Below, piece by piece: positions 51,801-63,800 of a stretch of DNA of 64,000 bases; within the stretch, counting starts at the first letter, position 1, and each line of letters starts with the position of its first letter. Source of the DNA: Mobula hypostoma (Eukaryota); NCBI RefSeq assembly GCF_963921235.1, contig NC_086097.1, positions 135,100,001 to 135,164,000 of the forward strand, written 5' to 3'. A program made the translations under genes and the position numbers. The notes beneath the pieces were generated by a model that saw only the letters and a program-made list of their open reading frames with translations, was not told the origin of the DNA and did no database searches.

Positions 51801-54800
51801 TACTCTTAATTATCAACATATTTCAGAGACTAGAGACAAAGAAGGACGGTTTGTAAAAATCACAGGAAGAATAGAAGGTACAGAAAAAACATTGCTGAAT
51901 GTTTATGCTCCTCCAGGTAGTGAATGGTCATTTTATAGACACATTTTTGACCTAATGGTCAGTTCTCGAGGGGTAGTAATTTGTGGAGGGGATTTTAATA
52001 TTAGATTAAATCCTATATTAGATTCTTCAAGAATAGTTACTCAGAATAAACCTCTGACTTGGAAAGTGAATTCATTGATGGAGGAGTTGGGAATTATAGA
52101 TGTCTGGAGGGAATTACACCCTACTAGTAAAGATTATACATATTACTCTTTCCCTCATTCAGCCTATTCAAGGATAGACTATTTCTTTATCTTTAATACA
52201 GATAGACTCAGGATAAAAAAACTGTAATATTGCAACAATTGATCTGTCGGATCATAGCCCAGTCTCTATGTCTCTAATCCTGGAAAGGAAAATGAGGAAA
52301 ACACTATGGAGGCTAAACTCACATATACTTAATAACCCAAAAGTAATGGAGAGATTAAGGGGAGAAATCAAAGAATATCTAGACCTTAATGACACGGGAG
52401 AAACATCACCAGTGATTTTATGGGATACATTGAAAGCTGTACTGAGAGGGAAAATTATTTCCATTACTACTCACATGAAAAAAATCAATGCACAAAAATT
52501 AGCAGACCTTCAAGGAAAATTAAAACAACTTCAAGTTGGAGATAGCAACAAAAGTAATTCAAATCGAAAACAGGAAATTAGGAAATTGCAAAGTGAAATT
52601 GATGATATTTATACGTTGGAAACTCAAAGAAATTTTCTTTACCTGAGACAAAAGAATTATGAAGTAGGAGGTAAATCAGCTAGATTATTAGCATATAAAT
52701 TACGAAAACAACAAGCAGACAATACAATTCATAAAATAAAGAATCCAAAGACAAAGCTTGTGGAGAGTACAATAGGGAAAATTCAAGAGAGTTTTGAAAC
52801 GTATTATCGAGAGCTGTACTCCCAACCCCGGGCCCCCAATGAGCCCTATATAGACAGTGTATTGAATTTTTTAGATCTACCTAAACTTACAGATTTACAA
52901 AATGAAAGTTTATTAGAACCAGTAACTGTCAAAGAACTGAACGTGGCCATCTCTAGGTTAAAGGCTGGAAAGTCCCCGGGTTCTGATGGGTTTACCTCAG
53001 AGTGGTACAAGTCCCTGAAGACACAGTAAGCCCCATTACTACTTAACACCTTTAATTGGATCTTGCAGAGAGGAGAAACTCCACCTTCCTGGAGAGAAGC
53101 GATTATTTCAGTTATTCCTAAAGAGGGTAAAGATAAACTAGAATGTGGCAATTATCGGCCAATTAGTGTTCTTAATTTAGATTACAAACTATTTACATCT
53201 ATATTAGCGCGCAGATTGGAAAAGCTTTTACCTGGCCTAATCCATTTAGACCAGACTGGATTTATTCAACAAAGACAAACACAGGACAACATAAGGAGAA
53301 CTCTGCACATATTAGAACAGGTTAATAAGAACGAGACAGAGACAATGGTAGTAGGATTGGACGCTGAAAAAGCTTTTGATTCGGTTAGTTGGGCATTCCT
53401 ATACAGAGTGTTAGGAAGATTCGGCTTTCAAGAAAGGTTTATTAAAGTAACTCAGACTCTGTATGACAGCCCAACAGCCCGAATTAAGATAAATGGGGAC
53501 CTCTCTGACTCCTTCATTTTAGAGAGAGGCACTAGACAGGGATGCCCAATTTCTCCTCTCCTTTTTGCGCTATATATTGAACCACTTGCCCAACTAATAA
53601 GACAGAGCGAAATCGTAAAAGGTATCAAGGTGGCAGGGATTGAACAGAAAGTGGCATTATTCGCAGATGATGTTTTGGTCTATCTGAGTGAACCAGAAAA
53701 ATCATTTATAGGATTGTTTACACTGTTGGATGACTTTAGGAAAATATCAGGTTATAAAATAAATGTAAAGAAAACGCAGGTTATGTCCCTAAATTATACA
53801 CCATCCAAAAAATTGCAGGATACATACGATCTTAAGTGGGAAGCTAAATCATTAAATTATTTAGGAATAACCCTGCCGAAGGATCTTTCAACACTGTCAC
53901 AGGTAAATTATGGGCCATTAATCTCAGAGATAAAAGCAGATATGCATAGATGGAATCTTATCCCCTTTTTAAGTTTAAATTCAAGAATAAATACTATAAA
54001 AATGAATATTCTTCCTCGGTTATTATATCTTTTCCGTACTTTACCAGTGGAGGTGGATGATAATCAATTCAGGGAATGGGACAAATGGATTTCCCGCTTC
54101 ATTTGGCAAGGAAGGAAACCTAGAATTCGATATAACACCTTACAGTTAGGGAAGGAAAGAGGAGGTATGGTTCTTCCTTGCCTGAGAAATTATTTTTATG
54201 CCTCACAGATAACCCCTCTGTTATATTGGTGTAATAGGGAATATAAGGCTAGATGGAAGGAAATAGAATTTGGATTAGTTGACAGTTTTCCTCTTCAGGC
54301 CTCAATAGCTGACAAAGGATTGATGGCCCAGTTGGAAAAATTTAATAATGCTTGGATAAATCTTACGTTAAAAGTATGGCAGAAGGTGGTTAATTCATGT
54401 GGAATTAATAACATGCTAAAACTCTTTAGATGGTGTGCGTATGATACCGAATTCCTTCCCAACAGAGGAGATAAAAGATTTGAGCTATGGATAAAGAAAG
54501 GTCTTACAACCTACCTCTCATTTATAGATAAAAGAGTATTACAAAGTTTCCAAATCCTGCAGGACAAACATGGCCTAGAACATAATGACTTTTTTAGGTA
54601 CCTTCAAATACGAAACTATGTTAACCAGAGTTGTAGATATACAGACCTATCAACAGTAGAATTAGAATTTTTCAAGATTCTGAATTCGGCTTGCAGTTCA
54701 ATACCTAGTAAATCAGTTTCTCGCCTATTTAATGCACTCTCCCATGCTAAAAATGTAAATACACTGTATATTAAAGAGAAGTGGGAGAAAGAAGCGGGGT

Positions 54801-57800
54801 TGGTACTTTCAGAGGAGGCTTGGGGGAAAATCTGCAGCTTTCAATGGTCCTCGACTAATTCTTTGACTTGGAGAGAACATTGTTGGAAAAACATTATAAG
54901 ATACTTCAAGACCCCATATCAGGAAAAATATAAAGATACAAATGTGATGTGTTGGAGAAGGTGCGACTCCAAGGAGGCAAATCATTTTCATATTTTCTGG
55001 GATTGCCCTAAATTAAGTCTATTTTGGGAAGGTATTCATATAACATTAGTTAAGGTACTTAGGTCCCAGATACCTCTGAACTTTGAGACGCTCTATTTGG
55101 GTCATGTATTGTTCCTTGAACAGAAGGAAGATATAAAGTTGCTGCAGGCCCTCTTAGCGGCAAGTAAGAAATCAATCACTAGAAAATGGCTAAATCCAAT
55201 ACCACCTACATTAGAAGATTGGTACGAAATTATCTTGGAAATATTTAAAATGGAAAAGTTGACCTACTCCCTGAGAACTCAAAAAGAAACATTTTATCAA
55301 ATCTGGAATAAATGGATTGAATATATAACCCCAATGCGAGCAGACTTTAGATGACTCTCCTAATGATTTATATTGCTCTTCTCATCAACACAGTAATATT
55401 GCTAACGTAAGCACCCCTAGTCTAAATGTTTGTTGTTTTTTTTTGGAAAATAGAGAATTAATACAAGTAAAGGGAAAGATTTGGGAAAGGGATTAAAAAA
55501 AAAATGAAAAAATTAAGTAAATAAGTACATAGGGATTGGATAATTATGTCTGCGGGCAGGAACAAGCACGAACAAATTGGGATATAAACACCTACAATGG
55601 TTGGTATATAGGCTTGTATGCAACATTTTGGACCAGTGGAAGTGGTCCAGAAGGGTTGTATGGAAACTATTATTACCATTTATCTTAACAACTAATTTCA
55701 TTACTTAGCCTAATAGGTTAGATTTACCACAGTACATAATTATCTATTTAAATGTTTATTTTGCTTTTATATCATCTCAATGTGTACTTAAGAATGTATA
55801 AATAATTGTAGTTTTATACATATAAAAAATGGAAAAGGTTATATGTGTGAAAAAAGTACATGATAATTGTGAACTCCTTATCTAAATAAAAATAAAATTA
55901 AAAAAAAATAAATAAAAAAAAGAAAATCCAAATATACCACATCCACTGGTTCTCCCCTATCCACTCTACTAGTTACATCCTCAAAAAATTCTATGAGATT
56001 CGTCAGACATGATTTTCCTTTCACAAATCCATGCTGACTTTGTCCGATGATTTCACCGCTTTCCAAATGTGCTGTTATCACATCTTTGATAACTGACTCT
56101 AGCAGTTTCCCCACCACTGATGTTAGGCTAACCGGTCTATAGTTCTCTGGTTTCTCTCTCCCTCCCTTTTTAAGAAGTAGGGTTACATTAGCCACCCTCC
56201 AATCCTCAGGAACTAGTCCAGAATCTAAAGAGTTTTGAAAAATTATCACTAATGCATCCACTATTTCTTGGGCTACTTCCTTAAGCACTCTGGGATGCAG
56301 ACCATCTGGCTCTGGGGATTTATCTGCCTTTAATCCCTTCAATTTACCTAACACCACTTCCCTACTAACATGCATTTCCCTCAGTTCCTCCATCTCACTG
56401 GACCCTCTGTCCCCTACTATTTCTGGAAGATTATTTATGTCCTCCTTAGTGAAGACAGAACCAAAGTAATTATTCAATTGGTCTGCCATGTCCTTGTTCC
56501 CCATAATCAATTCGCCTGTTTCTGTCTGTAGGGGACCTACATTTGTCTTAACCAATCTTTTTCTTTTCACATATCTATAAAAGCTTTTACAGTCAGTTTT
56601 TATGTTCCCTGCCAGTTTTCTCTCATAATCTTTCCTGGGTGTTAATGTCTCTGAAGGTCTATCCTGCGTCCAGCATACTGATACAATTACATCGAAGGCA
56701 CGCCAGTGGCTATATTTCAGTAGGAATTTGAGGAGACTTGGTATGTCATCAAAGACATACAGTGGAGAGCATCGTAACTGGTTGTATCAGTGTCTGCTGG
56801 AGGATGAGGGCACTGCACAGGATCAGAAAAAGCTACAGAAAGTTGTAAACTCATCCAGCTCCATCATGGTCACCAGCTTCTCCAGCATCCAGGACACTTT
56901 CAAAAGATGATGCTTCAAGAAGGTGGCATCCATCATTAAGGACCCCATTCACCCAGGACGTACTCACTTATTGCTGCCATCAATGAGGGGAGGGCGTATA
57001 TGAATCTGACGACACTCAATGCTTCAGGAACAGCTTCTTCCCCTCTGCCATCAGATTTCTGAATGGACAATCAACCCATAAACACTTTTTTTTTTCTTTT
57101 CTCTCCCCTTTTGCACTAAAGTAATTTGTGTGTGTGTGTGTATATATATAATGTGTGTATAATATGCTTTTATTATTCATAGTTTTCATGTATTGCAATA
57201 TGCCACATTTTCATGACGTGCCAGTGGTATTAAATCAGATTCTGATTCATACACATTTTAATTAAATAGGATAGATAGAATATCTATTCTATTATAGAAC
57301 AGAACTTTATTGTCATTGCTCAGGGCAACGAGATTGCCATGCTTTGTTATGTTATGCTTTATGTTAGAATGTTTTTGGCTAATATTGGAAGTAATTAGAA
57401 CAAAAGCTTTATGATGTCATTTGCAGTATTTAAAAGAAAGGTTTACATCATAACTGTAGCATACTGTTTTTGAATACAGATCCTTGCTGTTCACAGTAAA
57501 GAATAGATGATAATTCTGAGAGAGCAACATATGTAGCAAAGGAAACCATTTTAAAATAAAGGTTCATTGCTTTAAAGGAGAACTAATGGATAAAAGAAGG
57601 TAATCTGAGAGGTGTGAGTGTGTGGATTTGCAGTACTCATCACTGAACTGAAGGAATTAATGTTACTTGTAGCTCTGAATTGTTTAGGAATGTTTGTTTG
57701 GGTTGTGAGTTGTGGATTGGTATGATATGAGCAGAAATGATCATAGCTGCCTATGCTTAAGTTATAGGCTTAAGGACAAGAGTAGAGCGAACGAAGGAGA

Positions 57801-60800
57801 GGCGATGTTTAGCCATGAGGAGAAAATAAATGTTTGAAAATTAAGTTGAGAAGGTGCATCATAAAGATGCAACATAAATGGTGAAACACTCAGCACGTCA
57901 GACATATGAAGTGAGAAGTGTTCTGAATTCCCTGAAGTCTTAACGATAATTTTCCTGAAATGTTAACTATTTTCTGAAGTTGCTGTCTAACCTAAAGATT
58001 TTATACATATCAGGTATTTCTTACAAAATCAAAAGTAGAAGGAAGATTCTATTTTTGTCATTTAACGAATAAAAAAATTAATCATATGTGCTGAGTAAAG
58101 GAGAAAGGGGATTTGAGTGCTTTGGGATAAGCTTTCAAAATCTTGCAATATTATCGTGATAGATTGAATGTTGTCTTAATCATTTGCCATTTTAAGATAA
58201 TCTCTGTATAAATTGGGAACTCAAGCTTCTATTTACAATCTCACTGTTGTATATTTCTAGATGTCTCCCACTGAATCTTAGGAAAGATGATATGAAAGGG
58301 ATTCACAAAGATCGGATGAAAATAGGTGCGAGCCTGGCAGATGTAGATCCAATGCAAATTGACACTTCTGTAAGTTGAGGGGGTTTGGACAAGTAATATG
58401 TGTTATATTTTTCAAATTTCTAAAAACTCAAAGCATTTAACCTGACAATTTGACGAAATTTGACATACTATATATATCGTTATTGCAATTGTAATTTATC
58501 CATTGTGATTTTCTGGTTCTCTTTTATTTGCATTGAAGCAACAAGAATAACCAGTGTAGCTTGTATTGGAGAGACTTAAGGTGGTTGAACCTTTGCCTAT
58601 GTTTCTAATGGCAGATGGAGTTCATTTCAAATAAGTGTGAAGTGATGCACTTGGAAGATTGAACTAAAGGTAGAGTACCAGGTGAATGGCAAGGTTCTTA
58701 GCAGTGTGGATTAACAGAAGGATCCTGGGGTTAAGTCTACAGATCCCTTAAAGTTGCTGTGCAAGTTGATAGGGTAGTTAAGTAAGTATATTGGCCTCCA
58801 ATATTTGGGATTAGCTGAATCTGAATTGATTGTGCCTGAGTGGCACATGTTCTCTAGGGAAGGAGAATTTGTCTTTCTGACACTGAATAGATTGAGAGGC
58901 CCTTCTGTCACTTCTGTTACAGTTTTTTTAAACACAGTGATTTTGATCTACTGAACCACTTCATACTTTAAATTATACTTTAAATCAAACAATAAGCATT
59001 GAAAATATTAATTATACATACTCACATTTCTTCATACTTGTAAATGTATCTAAGCTTTGGTACAAAACTCCACACCATGAGAACACTGGAATTTAGAAGA
59101 ACGAGGGCGATCTCTGAAACCTTTTGAATGTTGAAAGGCGTAGATAGAGTGGATGTGAAGAGTCTAGGACCAGAGGCACAGCCTCAGAAAGATGGATGTC
59201 CATTTAGAACAAAAATTTGCAGCTGTGGGGGCCAGATCACTGGTTTCATTTAAGGTGGAAATTGATATTTCCTGATTAGTCAAGACGTGAAGGTTGTGGG
59301 GAGAAGGTATGGGAATGTGTTGAGAAGTAAATGGACCAGCCATGATGAAATGGTGGAGCAGACTCAATGGGCCGATTGGCCTAATTCTACTCCTAGGTCT
59401 TATGGTCTAATAGGTGTGCAACCCTCAATACAGTTTGATTTAAGACGTGTAAATCTCAGTAATGCAGTGTAGTTCACTATAGGCCTGAACTAATAATTTA
59501 GAAGTGTCCTGGATTCTGCCGTTACAATTAGGAATTTAAATTCAGTCTAAAAGGCTGAATTTGGGCAATAAATGTCTGTTTATTTTAGTTTGTATATGAT
59601 CCCAAACCCAAAGCAGTGTGTTGAAGTCCCATCAAAGAATACAGATGGTTCTGCAACTACTTCATTCACAAGATAGATGCACAATGAACTGTGGCCTCTC
59701 AGTAATGCCAAATTTTTTTTTTTAAATTATGGGCAAATGCCGGTAGATATAAAATTTTATATAAACTTTAAATTTTTTTCCCCTTTAGGTTCGTTTTAAT
59801 AGTGTGGGTGGACTTACAAGTCATATTGCTGCACTGAAGGAGATGGTGGTTTTTCCATTGCTTTACCCTGAAGTCTTCGAGAGGTTTAAGATTCAGCCAC
59901 CAAGGTACGGGAAGGTCACTTCATTAACCAATCTAAATGGTGCTTATCTTCTGTTGTTCCACAACAGATTGAAGTATACTAAGAATTTTTAAATATGATT
60001 TTTTTTTTAAGATATCTTTCCTGAGATTTTGCTGGTCTTGTTGCCCCCTGCTAATCTGTAAACTCCACACCTGGATTTCTTGTATATTTAACATCTAAAA
60101 TAATAACTCTATCTTGTATTTGTGTTCTTTATGAATATCCAAGAATTTATACAAGTTTTATAGCCACTGAGGCTGGTCTCTTTAATTTGTTTTTTTGCAA
60201 ATGAAGTAGTCCACAATTGGCCACTAGTGAATGTATAAAATTACTCATAACTCCTTTGTTCCAGCTAAGTTGTGGAAAGATGTAAATAATGTTCAAAGAG
60301 TACAGAGAACATTTACAAGGATATTGCCCAGATTGGAGGACTTGAGTTCTAAGGAAAGATTGAATAGGTTAGGAATTTATTCTTTAGAACGTAGAAGATT
60401 GAGAGGAGATTTGATGAAGGTATACAAAATTGAGGGGTTATGGATGAGATCATTGAAAGCAGGCTTTTTCCACTGGGGTGGGTGGGACTATAACTAGAGA
60501 TTAAGCGTGAAAGGGGAAACTTCACGGTGTTGTGAGTGTGGAATGAGCTGCCTGTGCAAGTGGTGTATGCAAGCTCGATTTTCAACATTTAAATGAAGTT
60601 TGCGTAGGTACAATACATGGATGGTAGGAGAATTGGAGGCCAACAGGCGGGATGCAGGTTGATGGGAGGTCGGCAGTTCAGATCGGACTAGCTGGCCCAA
60701 AGGAGTTGTGTCTGTGCTGTACTTTTCTATGACTATGACTCAAATAGGTATCCAAATCCTGACAATGCATTGTTGTAATCAGCCTTTTAAAGGACTCCAG

Positions 60801-63800
60801 TGCTTAGAGGTTAGAGTGAAGATACAGCTGCCAATAAAATAACAAATTCAGAGGTGCAAAATGTGAGAATTGAGAGAACTGAGACACTTCCTAGGATTGT
60901 TGAATTGGAGAGCAAATGAGTTGTTGGCCAGGGAGGAATTTATAGTTTGGTGTAACTGAGATCGGGTTGCCAGTGTAGGTCAGTGAAGACTGTGGTAGTA
61001 GGTGAATGGACTTAGTGGCTTACATGGTATCCTAGCAGTTACTGTTGCTGTCTCAAACCTGGTTTTATTCTGACCTTGGGTGTTGTGTGGAGTTACCTCT
61101 GTGATTGGGTTTTCTCCAACAGTTCTGCATTTCTACCCACTTTCCAAAGATTGTTAATTCACAACTGTAAATTACCTGTTACATAGGTAAATGGCAAAAA
61201 GAAGTGAAAAATATTCATGACATATGTGAGATAGAAAAGAGGAAGCTGCAAATGAGAAAAGGGGTAATAGGTTTGTCTCCTTGGGAGCTGGTGTAGACTC
61301 TGGGCTGAATGTTGTGTTTCTTGTAGGTATAAGAATTTGGATAGGTCAATTTTAGATGGCTCAAGTTTGTTGTACAAGTACTGGTTTTGTTGGTGAGGCA
61401 GAAGTAAATCCTTTTAAGTACAATTAAATAGCTTTTGGTTTGTTTCTTTTCAGTCTGTTTGGAATATGTTTTGTGCTTTTGGTCAGAATTGTACATTAAT
61501 GAATATTTGGGTGTAAAGGCATGTGTGGATATCATGAATAGCCAGCAAAATAGTCACACAAAATTTTCAAAAATATCTGTGGTAAATGTTTTTAAGTTTT
61601 TCATAGCCTCCTTCCAGTGGTCTGTGTGGTTAGCTTGAGTCATATTTTATTTGTACCAGAACAGAACTGATGGTTGCTTTGAAATATTTTCCTTCACAAA
61701 AAGTAAAATGTAAAAGTACTCTGCTTCTCCTTTTAGAGGCTGCTTATTCTATGGTCCTCCTGGGACAGGGAAAACCCTTGTTGCCAGAGCCTTGGCTAAT
61801 GAGTGCAGTCAGGGAGATCGGCGAGTGTCCTTCTTCATGCGAAAGGGTGCTGACTGCCTCAGCAAGTGGGTAGGGGAATCTGAACGACAACTTCGATTAC
61901 TTTTTGATCAGGTAATTACAACTTTCAAATAAGGTGTACAAAAGGCCTAATTTCTTTGAGCTGCTAACTACCTCTTCAAACAATGAACAAGGAGACTGTT
62001 TATACTACCTTTAAAGTCATGCGTATGATGATAACACTTGTCCAATGCAAATGCAAATAGTCCCATAGTGCAGAAGTGCAAGTTTTGCATTAAGGATGTG
62101 TTGTGAGCTAGTATTAGTATTTTCCATAGATGCTGTCTAGCTTGCTGAGTTCCTCCGGCATTTTGTGCGTATTGCTTTGGATTTCCAGCACTTGCAGATT
62201 TTCTCATGTTTGTAGTATTGGACCTTATGTTTTAAATAGGTGTTGTTATCTGTCATCCTGAAAGCTGAGTATGGTGGCTTGCCTATTTCCTGTTCACTCA
62301 ATCGTAACCCTTGCCTAAGATCTTTAATGGCTAAAAATGAGGGTTTTGAGGGATGGATCTCACTACTTTAAAATAAGGGGGTTGGTCATTCAAGATATGA
62401 GAAATTACTCCACTGAGAGGAGGAATCAATCTTTAGAATGGTGTACAGAAGAGAGCTGTGGTGGATCGGTGACAAGTCGAAGACCACTAGGCTTTTGGAA
62501 AGTAAGGGAATTAAGCAGGAATGTGATGTCGAGTAAAATGTCGACTACAGTCGGCCCTCCTTATCCGCTAGTTCCGCATCCGTGAATTCAACCAACTGCG
62601 AATCGGGAAAACCTGGAAGTTCTCTCTCCAGCACTTGTTGTTCGAGCATTGTTCGCCTCGTGTCTCGTTTGTTTGTTCGCTACTTTGTGTGAAAAAATGG
62701 CTCCTAAAAAGCAATTCATCAAAGGCTAAGAGGGAGCGTAAAGTGCTCTTTCTTGCTGAGAAATTAGAAATATTAGATCTTTTGAAAAGTGACATGTCGC
62801 ATTCCAAAGTGGGCCGTAAAGTCGGTAAGAACGAATCGAGCATTCGCACAATAAAGCAGAAAGAAGCTGAAATTTGTGGAAGTGTTAGTGCTAGGAATGA
62901 CTGGCTGGCTATGTAAAGCGCTACAGCCTCAAGAACTTAAGATCACGGGAGAATCGGGATCGGCTGATGCCGAGGCGGCATTGGCGTTCCCAGAAGAGCT
63001 ATGATGGTTGTGTCTGTACTGAACATGTACAGACTTTGTTCTTGTCATTATTCCCTAAACAATACAGTATAACAACTATTTACATGGCATTTACATTGTA
63101 TTAGGTATTAGAAGTCAACAGAACAAAAACACTGCGGGCGGCGGGTTCTGTGCTGGCCTGGGCCCCAAAGTCCACCCGCACCGAGACAGGTTAAATAAGG
63201 GACTTGAACATCCGCGTTTTTTGGTATCCGCGGGGTTGGGGGGCGACTGTATTAACTTGTTGAATGCACACAGACACAGTGGTGAATGTGCTTTTATTTA
63301 TGTTGTAATACTACTGGACATGTAAATCCAATAAGTTAAATATTGATAGCCATGAAACTCCCAGATATCCAAGAAAGCCCATATAATTCATTCATATTCA
63401 TCAAAGCAGGCAATTTTATGACAAATAACCTACAATAGTGCCTCTCTATAGTTTAAGAGATCAGTTAGGAATGGGTTATCGGTCCTTGCCAGTGAGGCAA
63501 ATCTCGTAGGTGAATAAGTGCATAATTATTGCATTGTGGAGTCTTGTGTTCAAACACAAAATACTGATTAACCTTTTATGATCTTGTTTGTCTGCACTCA
63601 CTTTCTGGGAATTGTATAATTTAACATAATATCTTTTCAACACAGTAGTTTAGTACTTGAGCATTATCATTCTCTGCTTTAGCTCCCAAATTTATTCCTT
63701 CACATTTCCTATATATTGTAAGATTTTATCTGAAATATCACTGTGGCTAAATTCCTTATTTTCTGTACCAAGCAAATATATACTTCTATTGGCTAATTAA

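Larger units (their letters stand above)
50079..55921 (+). mobile_element. Full-length L1-clade LINE (5' UTR, ORF1, spacer, ORF2, 3' UTR, A-rich tail) with a 17-bp TSD
   Basis: TSD gaaaatccaaatatacc at 50062-50078 and 55922-55938; nick site TT/GAAAA; AATAAA-rich A tail. Confidence 0.97.
48882..56632 (-). mobile_element. Young CR1 LINE, copy B, interrupted by a full-length L1
   Basis: ORF 55878-56570 is nearly identical to 19996-20556; the RT motif VYLDFQ is split by the L1. Confidence 0.93.
48778..57250 (+). mobile_element. Rex1-type LINE 3' fragment (host), split at about 48881/56633 by a CR1
   Basis: [11 protein letters not shown]...VASFKF joins across the insertion to [10 protein letters not shown]...KARQWLYF; tail attctgattc. 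Confidence 0.8.

Noticed and set aside
57880..57995. Possible further hammerhead-bearing PLE/SINE remnant (cctgaag...cctgaaatgttaact)
   Set aside because: Too degenerate: no intact CUGANGA core or stem II.
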